Positions 35,090-37,954 of a stretch of DNA of 37,954 nt are shown here, piece by piece. Below the pieces are notes generated by a model. It saw nothing but the letters and a program-made list of their open reading frames with translations. It did not search any database and was not told the origin of the DNA. The stretch's first letter is position 1. Every line of letters starts with the position of its first letter. The translations under genes and the position numbers were made by a program. The stretch is from Planctomycetota bacterium (GTDB lineage Bacteria > Planctomycetota > MHYJ01 > JACQXL01 > CAKKQI01): the NCBI GenBank assembly GCA_030633885.1, contig DAOWBV010000003.1, forward strand, positions 1-37,954. The letters run 5' to 3'.

Positions 35090-36976
35090 ATGCAAAACGG
35101 AAAAAGAGACCGCTGGAGAGGTCGTTTTGTTTTTATTATGGCCGCGGTGGGTAGCGCGGTCGGCTTAGGTAACGTCTGGCGTTTCCCGTACGTGGCGTTT
35201 GAGAACGGCGGCGGGGCGTTTCTGATTCCCTATTTTGTCGCTTTGATCACAGCCGGGATCCCGCTGATGATCCTGGAGTACGCCCTGGGCCAGAAATTCC
35301 AGAGCGGTCCGCCCCGGGCCATGGGCCAGATCAATAAAGGTTTTAAATGGGTCGGCTGGATGGCTCTGCTGGTCGGGCTTTCGATCTCTTTTTATTACGT
35401 GATCATTATGGCCTATTGCTGGTTTTTTACTTTCGCCAGTCCGGGTATGGAATGGACCAAGCCGGTTTCAGAGAAATATATAGTCGTGACTCAGGAAAAA
35501 GACATGACGCATGAAGATATGCTGGCCCGGAAAGCGGAGCTGGAAAAGATAGAAGCCCCGAAACCTGAGGCGGAACGTAAAATAGTCGTTACCCAGGATG
35601 AAAACGCCCAGGTGTATTTTAACGAAAGAGTATTAGGCGGTTTTCATCCGGACGAATGGAGAAAAGCTTCAGCGGAAAAATACGATGAAATAATGAAAAT
35701 CGAAGGTGTGGCGAAAACTAAAGCGTTGGCGGATTGGCAGGCGGCCAGACAGAAAAAAAATAAAGAGGCCTTTAGCTTTGTCCCCCACCTGGTGTTTTTC
35801 TCGTTTCTGACCTGGCTGGTGATTTTTCTGATCATTTTTAAAGGGGTCAAAAACGTCGGCAAGGTGGTCATGTTCACCGTGCCGGCGCCGATCATCTTGA
35901 TGGGTATCCTGATCATTCAGGGGTTAAGCCTGGAAGGGGCCGGTCAGGGGATAAATTTTTTCCTGACGCCTAATTGGGAAATTTTGAGTGAACCCAAAGT
36001 CTGGCTGGCCGCGTATAGCCAGATATTCTTTTCCCTTTCACTGGGGTTCGGGATCCTGATCGCTTACGCCAGTTATCAACCGCGTGAGTCAGATGTTTCC
36101 AATAACGCCTTCATGACCAGTTTCTGTAACTGCGCGACCAGTTTTTACGCCAGTTTCGCGGTTTTCAGCGTGGTCGGTTATCTGGCGACCGCCATGAATA
36201 AGCCGGTTGGAGATGTGATTAATGCCGGGCCGGGCCTGGTCTTTGTCACCTATCCGCTGGCCCTGGCCAAAATGGGTGATATCGGCCGGGTCGTGGGTAT
36301 TTTCTTTTTCCTCAGCCTGTTAATGCTCGGAATTGATTCGGCTTTTTCCATCGTGGAAGGCGTCATTACCGGTATCCATGATTACACCAAAAAGATGAAG
36401 CGGGAAGTCCTGGTTTTGATCGTCTGTCTGGTAGGATTTATTTTCAGTCTACCGTATTGCCTTAAATCCGGTTTGATGTGGTTGGATATCGTTGATAACT
36501 GGATGGGTAATTATGGATTGGCTTTTGTCGGCTTAATGGAATGTGTCGTGGTCGGTTATTTTTTCACCACCCAGGAATTAAAGGATTATGTGAACGAACA
36601 TTCAGAGATAAAATTGGGTGGTTGGTGGGATGCTTTTATTAAATTCCTGACACCGGCTGTTTTGATCTATTTGCTGGCCAGTGTTTTCATTAAAAATATT
36701 GTGTCGCCTTACGGTGATTACCATAATATCTTCGCGCACTCGATCAACATTGCCGGCTGGGGTTATTTTGCGTTTCTGCTTCTGCTGGCTTTTGGTCTGG
36801 GGCGGAACTGGTTCGGCATGGTGGCCATTATTTCGTTGCTGGTGTTCACGCTGATTCTTAGAGTAACCGGTCTGACTCTGGCGGCTTCGACCATGGGCGC
36901 GTTGGGTGTAGTGCTTTTGGTCGGCGGTTTCCTGGCCTGCCTGAGTCTGACGTTTAAGAAAAAAAGAGGCGCGTAG
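35090..36976 (+). CDS. sodium-dependent NSS (SNF family) amino-acid transporter with an enlarged EL2 loop and a MetS-like C-terminal extension
   Basis: AAVGSAVGLGNVWRFPY, NGGGAFLIPY, W.AAYSQIFFSLSLGFG..IAYASY, GPGLVFVTYP, GIDSAFS; TAGGAG RBS. Confidence 0.95.
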   Translation: MQNGKRDRWRGRFVFIMAAVGSAVGLGNVWRFPYVAFENGGGAFLIPYFVALITAGIPLMILEYALGQKFQSGPPRAMGQINKGFKWVGWMALLVGLSISFYYVIIMAYCWFFTFASPGMEWTKPVSEKYIVVTQEKDMTHEDMLARKAELEKIEAPKPEAERKIVVTQDENAQVYFNERVLGGFHPDEWRKASAEKYDEIMKIEGVAKTKALADWQAARQKKNKEAFSFVPHLVFFSFLTWLVIFLIIFKGVKNVGKVVMFTVPAPIILMGILIIQGLSLEGAGQGINFFLTPNWEILSEPKVWLAAYSQIFFSLSLGFGILIAYASYQPRESDVSNNAFMTSFCNCATSFYASFAVFSVVGYLATAMNKPVGDVINAGPGLVFVTYPLALAKMGDIGRVVGIFFFLSLLMLGIDSAFSIVEGVITGIHDYTKKMKREVLVLIVCLVGFIFSLPYCLKSGLMWLDIVDNWMGNYGLAFVGLMECVVVGYFFTTQELKDYVNEHSEIKLGGWWDAFIKFLTPAVLIYLLASVFIKNIVSPYGDYHNIFAHSINIAGWGYFAFLLLLAFGLGRNWFGMVAIISLLVFTLILRVTGLTLAASTMGALGVVLLVGGFLACLSLTFKKKRGA

Positions 36977-37022
36977 GTTTTGTCAGTACCATTTTGTGGA
37001 GGGCTTCCGCCGGAAGCGGATC

Positions 37023-37044
37023 CCCGCCTGACCGGACGGGCAGA
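37023..37044 (-). repeat. TCTG-foot hairpin element
   Basis: Minus strand TCTG CCCGTC CGGTCA GGCGGG, in a cluster of hairpins after the transporter stop. Confidence 0.45.
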
Positions 37045-37092
37045 CGTCTTGAGCGAAAGATCCCCGTTATATTAATAATATGAAATTAAATT

Positions 37093-37954
37093 ATGCCTGA
37101 AATTAAATGCCCCAAATGTAATTCCGCCAACAAGGATACCGCCCGTTTCTGCGTCAAATGCGGCATTCCCCTGTTTGTAAAATGTCCGGGCTGCGAAAAA
37201 GAAAACGAGATCAATGTTTCTTTTTGCGCGCATTGCGGGAAAAATATCTCTGAGTGGCGTGATCAGCAGGTCAAAGAAAAAGAATTTCATCAGGTTTTTG
37301 AAGAAGGCCGTAATTTTTTTGAGCAAAACGAGTTTGACCGGGCGCTCGAGTTGTGGGCCAAAGTCCCGTCAGGCATTTTTTCCGTCCGCGAAAAAATGGC
37401 GGAAGCTAAAAAGAGACAGGGTGAATATTCCAGCGCTATTAAAGCAGGCCATAAAGCGTTCAGTCAGAAATCGTATTGCCAGGCCCGGGAACAGTATCAA
37501 ATCGCCGATCGATTGGTCTCGGCGGCCGAAAAAAATAAAATAAAGGGATTGTTAAGTGACGCGACGGTTCAGGTAAAGAAACAAGACTTTGAACAGAATT
37601 TAACTTTGGCTCGGAATTTGCGACACGACGGGAAATTCAAGCAAGCGATTGAATTGCTGGAAAAGTTATTGACCGTAACACCGGGCCATCGGGAAATAAA
37701 GGAATTACTCGAGACGGTCCGCAAAGAAGGATCGGTTAAAGAGATTGCCCGGTTGATTACCAGCGGTGAGGAATCGTTTGCCCAAGGTTACTACCGGATC
37801 GCATTGACGAATTGGGAAAAAGCGGCCCGGAACATTGATGACCCGGCCCGGTCGCTGGATTTGGCTCAAAAGATTGGTGACGCCCAAAAACGATTAAAAG
37901 CCAGAAAGTTGATCTACCGGAGTGTGGTCATCGCTGGCGGGGTAATCGGACTGA
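37093..37954 (+). CDS. double zinc-ribbon protein with TPR-like helices (runs off the window end)
   Basis: My translation: MPEIKCPKCNSANKDTARFCVKCG...KCPGCEKEN....FCAHCG; TPR-like AIELLEKLLTVTPGH; hydrophobic segment begins at the window end; no stop, so absent from the ORF track. Confidence 0.85.
   Translation, partial: MPEIKCPKCNSANKDTARFCVKCGIPLFVKCPGCEKENEINVSFCAHCGKNISEWRDQQVKEKEFHQVFEEGRNFFEQNEFDRALELWAKVPSGIFSVREKMAEAKKRQGEYSSAIKAGHKAFSQKSYCQAREQYQIADRLVSAAEKNKIKGLLSDATVQVKKQDFEQNLTLARNLRHDGKFKQAIELLEKLLTVTPGHREIKELLETVRKEGSVKEIARLITSGEESFAQGYYRIALTNWEKAARNIDDPARSLDLAQKIGDAQKRLKARKLIYRSVVIAGGVIGL

Noticed and set aside
37072-37543. ORF-track calls 37072-37326 (-) and 37214-37543 (+)
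   Set aside because: The real gene is the open zinc-ribbon frame from 37093, which lacks a stop in the window

Overview
A chromosomal housekeeping region from an anaerobic bacterium; lineage uncertain, though the DUF58/BatA/vWA genes and a lipoprotein type are compatible with Planctomycetota/PVC. Gene order: argH(partial)-argG-argR with tandem ARG boxes; pyk (C-domain-less)-pfkA; fumarate/tartrate hydratase alpha; a Cache sensor with a Cys-rich tail; a fumA'/'mvhD deletion scar; a four-subunit 2-oxoacid:ferredoxin oxidoreductase (korDABC); site-2 protease-trpS-scpA; DUF58-BatA/vWA-menG-ubiD(mqnL); acyltransferase; flavodoxin-tldD-pmbA; aroB; ung; SagB-type nitroreductase; dprA; a large vWA protein and two lipoproteins (one CLCA-like metallopeptidase); gatB-gatA-radC-gatC; an NSS transporter with a fused MetS-like tail; and a partial double-zinc-ribbon/TPR gene. 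I saw no tRNA, rRNA, CRISPR array, transposase or integrase. The most striking signal is a dense population of tiny palindromic elements: GTAG-foot REP doublets, a G-rich inverted repeat, and a (C/T)(C/T)TG-foot hairpin family. Several have entered coding sequence. One is a clean 21-bp in-frame insertion in menG whose removal restores the LEFSKP motif; others supply stop codons, a C-terminus, a signal-peptide n-region or a -35 box.
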